DNA from: Haliotis rubra
Taxonomy: Eukaryota
Length of the DNA stretch: 64,000 bases
Assembly (NCBI RefSeq): GCF_003918875.1
Contig: NW_025766980.1
Span: forward strand, 3,596,001-3,660,000
Direction of reading: 5' to 3'
Shown piece after piece: positions 62,860 to 64,000 of this stretch; within the stretch, counting starts at the first letter, position 1, and each line of letters begins with the position of its first letter. The notes beneath the pieces are model-generated. The model did not search any database. It saw only the letters and a list, made by a program, of their open reading frames with translations, and was not told the DNA's origin. A program made the position numbers and the translations under genes.

Positions 62860-63060
62860 CAACCTACATTCACACCCATCAACTGACATCAACACATCTA
62901 AACATCAACCCACATCCACACACAGCAACTCACATCTACACGCGTCCATTTATAAACACCAAGTTCAAAAATAAAAACACACGCGCTCAAATATAACAAC
63001 TCACACCCTAAAACCTATAACACATTAACTCACATCCACATAAATGCACACCCACCCAAA
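61850..63060. repeat. C/A-rich ~42-46-bp minisatellite interrupted by a LINE 3' end and a (CT)n(CA)n microsatellite
   Basis: Units CCACATCTAAACATCAACCCACAC...CACATCTACACA; microsatellite 62775-62857. Confidence 0.85.
62440..62770 (-). mobile_element. LINE 3'-end fragment
   Basis: CNKCNLNLLEDHMLLICPFY zinc-knuckle-like C-terminus followed by TGGCCTTTAATTCTGAATAAAG. Confidence 0.65.
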
Positions 63061-64000
63061 CAAAGATATGCCTACCTACAAACGCATCAACATCAACACA
63101 CTTGAAAACAAACGACTTTACATCCAAACACGTCTGGACACATCAAACAACCACTCACGTCAAAACATATCAGCTCACAAAGTCATCTTTTATAAGCTAT
63201 AGTGACGTGTTTTATAGTTGTAAATGTGGCGACAAACGACGAACAAAGAAAATGTCCGAAAACCCATAATGCGAGGAAATGATAATACAAAGTCTTTAAT
63301 TGCGTTATATCCATTGTAATTCCTGTATTCAGATTACGTGAACCGTGCACGTGTCATTGCTTTCATTTCCCAATGAATGTAAAACATACGGCCGCGCCCA
63401 TCAAAGAGGACTACTTTCAACACTCGTGAAATGCCATGTTGGAAAATCCCAATTGGAGTCGAGAGAATTCCCTTTCTGCTTACCCCATCATCATGCACAG
63501 GACATTTTATGGGCACTTATGCATATATTCATATCGTCCAAACCGAACAATAACACCGGGGATCGAGACGGAATGCAACAATACAAGTGCAAGCCCAAGA
63601 AGGTCGCTTGCATGGGTTAGACAAATGGGTCATATGACAAATGGGTTATATTTATAACTTGCATATCCCGTGTGTCTACCCGTTGTTGGTGACTTTCACA
63701 TACGTTTTTCGATTGGTCTCAAAATGAGCTGACAAAATGAACAGTGAATCTTCAAGTATATTGCAGTCCTAAAGTTTTAAAAAAAAGTTATGAAATGTTT
63801 AATTTAGGGTATTAAGGCGGAACCGGGTGTTTCAAATGTTAGAATTTCCGGGAACCGATTGCTCAATAACACCCACATATCCGAACATATAATGTTCATT
63901 AACAAAGAGAGAACAACCAGGTGTACGAGAAGCACGAGCACAAGTGCCGACAAAGTCATTGATTCATTAATCTGTGCTGTACCATCTCTATCCTTTCTCG

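Noticed and set aside
57600-64000. Short ORFs of 60-100 aa in the distal region
   Set aside because: No domain signatures; they overlap repeats and microsatellites

Overview
Eukaryotic (invertebrate) genomic DNA. It is most likely a gastropod mollusc such as abalone (Haliotis); this is an inference from the perlucin-like C-type lectins and the tRNA-derived SINE families. Host genes: one 11-finger C2H2 zinc-finger gene (5.0-6.1 kb, minus strand) and a minus-strand tandem cluster of intronless secreted C-type lectin genes spread over 9.6-57.2 kb. The cluster has 5 open copies, 1 copy with a single nonsense codon, and at least 4 decayed fragments. The sugar-binding tripeptide differs between copies (EPN, EPN, DPN, QPD, EPD, NPN) and every complete copy ends in Gly-Lys-stop. 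Two large insertions sit inside the cluster. (1) An ~8.9 kb palindrome (14596-23509) built from two inverted copies of the 3' part of an Academ-type DNA transposon, with a templated 29-nt patch at the fold-back junction and nested MITEs in one arm. (2) An ~15 kb endogenous Polinton/Maverick (adintovirus-like) DNA virus (~30.7-45.85 kb) sitting inside a decayed LINE. It encodes a retroviral-type integrase, protein-primed PolB, packaging ATPase, major and minor capsid proteins, several membrane proteins and a tandem array of three paralogous fibre-like genes. No terminal inverted repeats or protease could be found. Its genes are extremely tightly packed, with TATA-like motifs abutting the ATGs, and the breaks I inspected in its large ORFs are 1-2 nt indels, mostly in homopolymers, so it may be near-intact. 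The remainder is SINEs, MITEs, LINE fragments and minisatellites.
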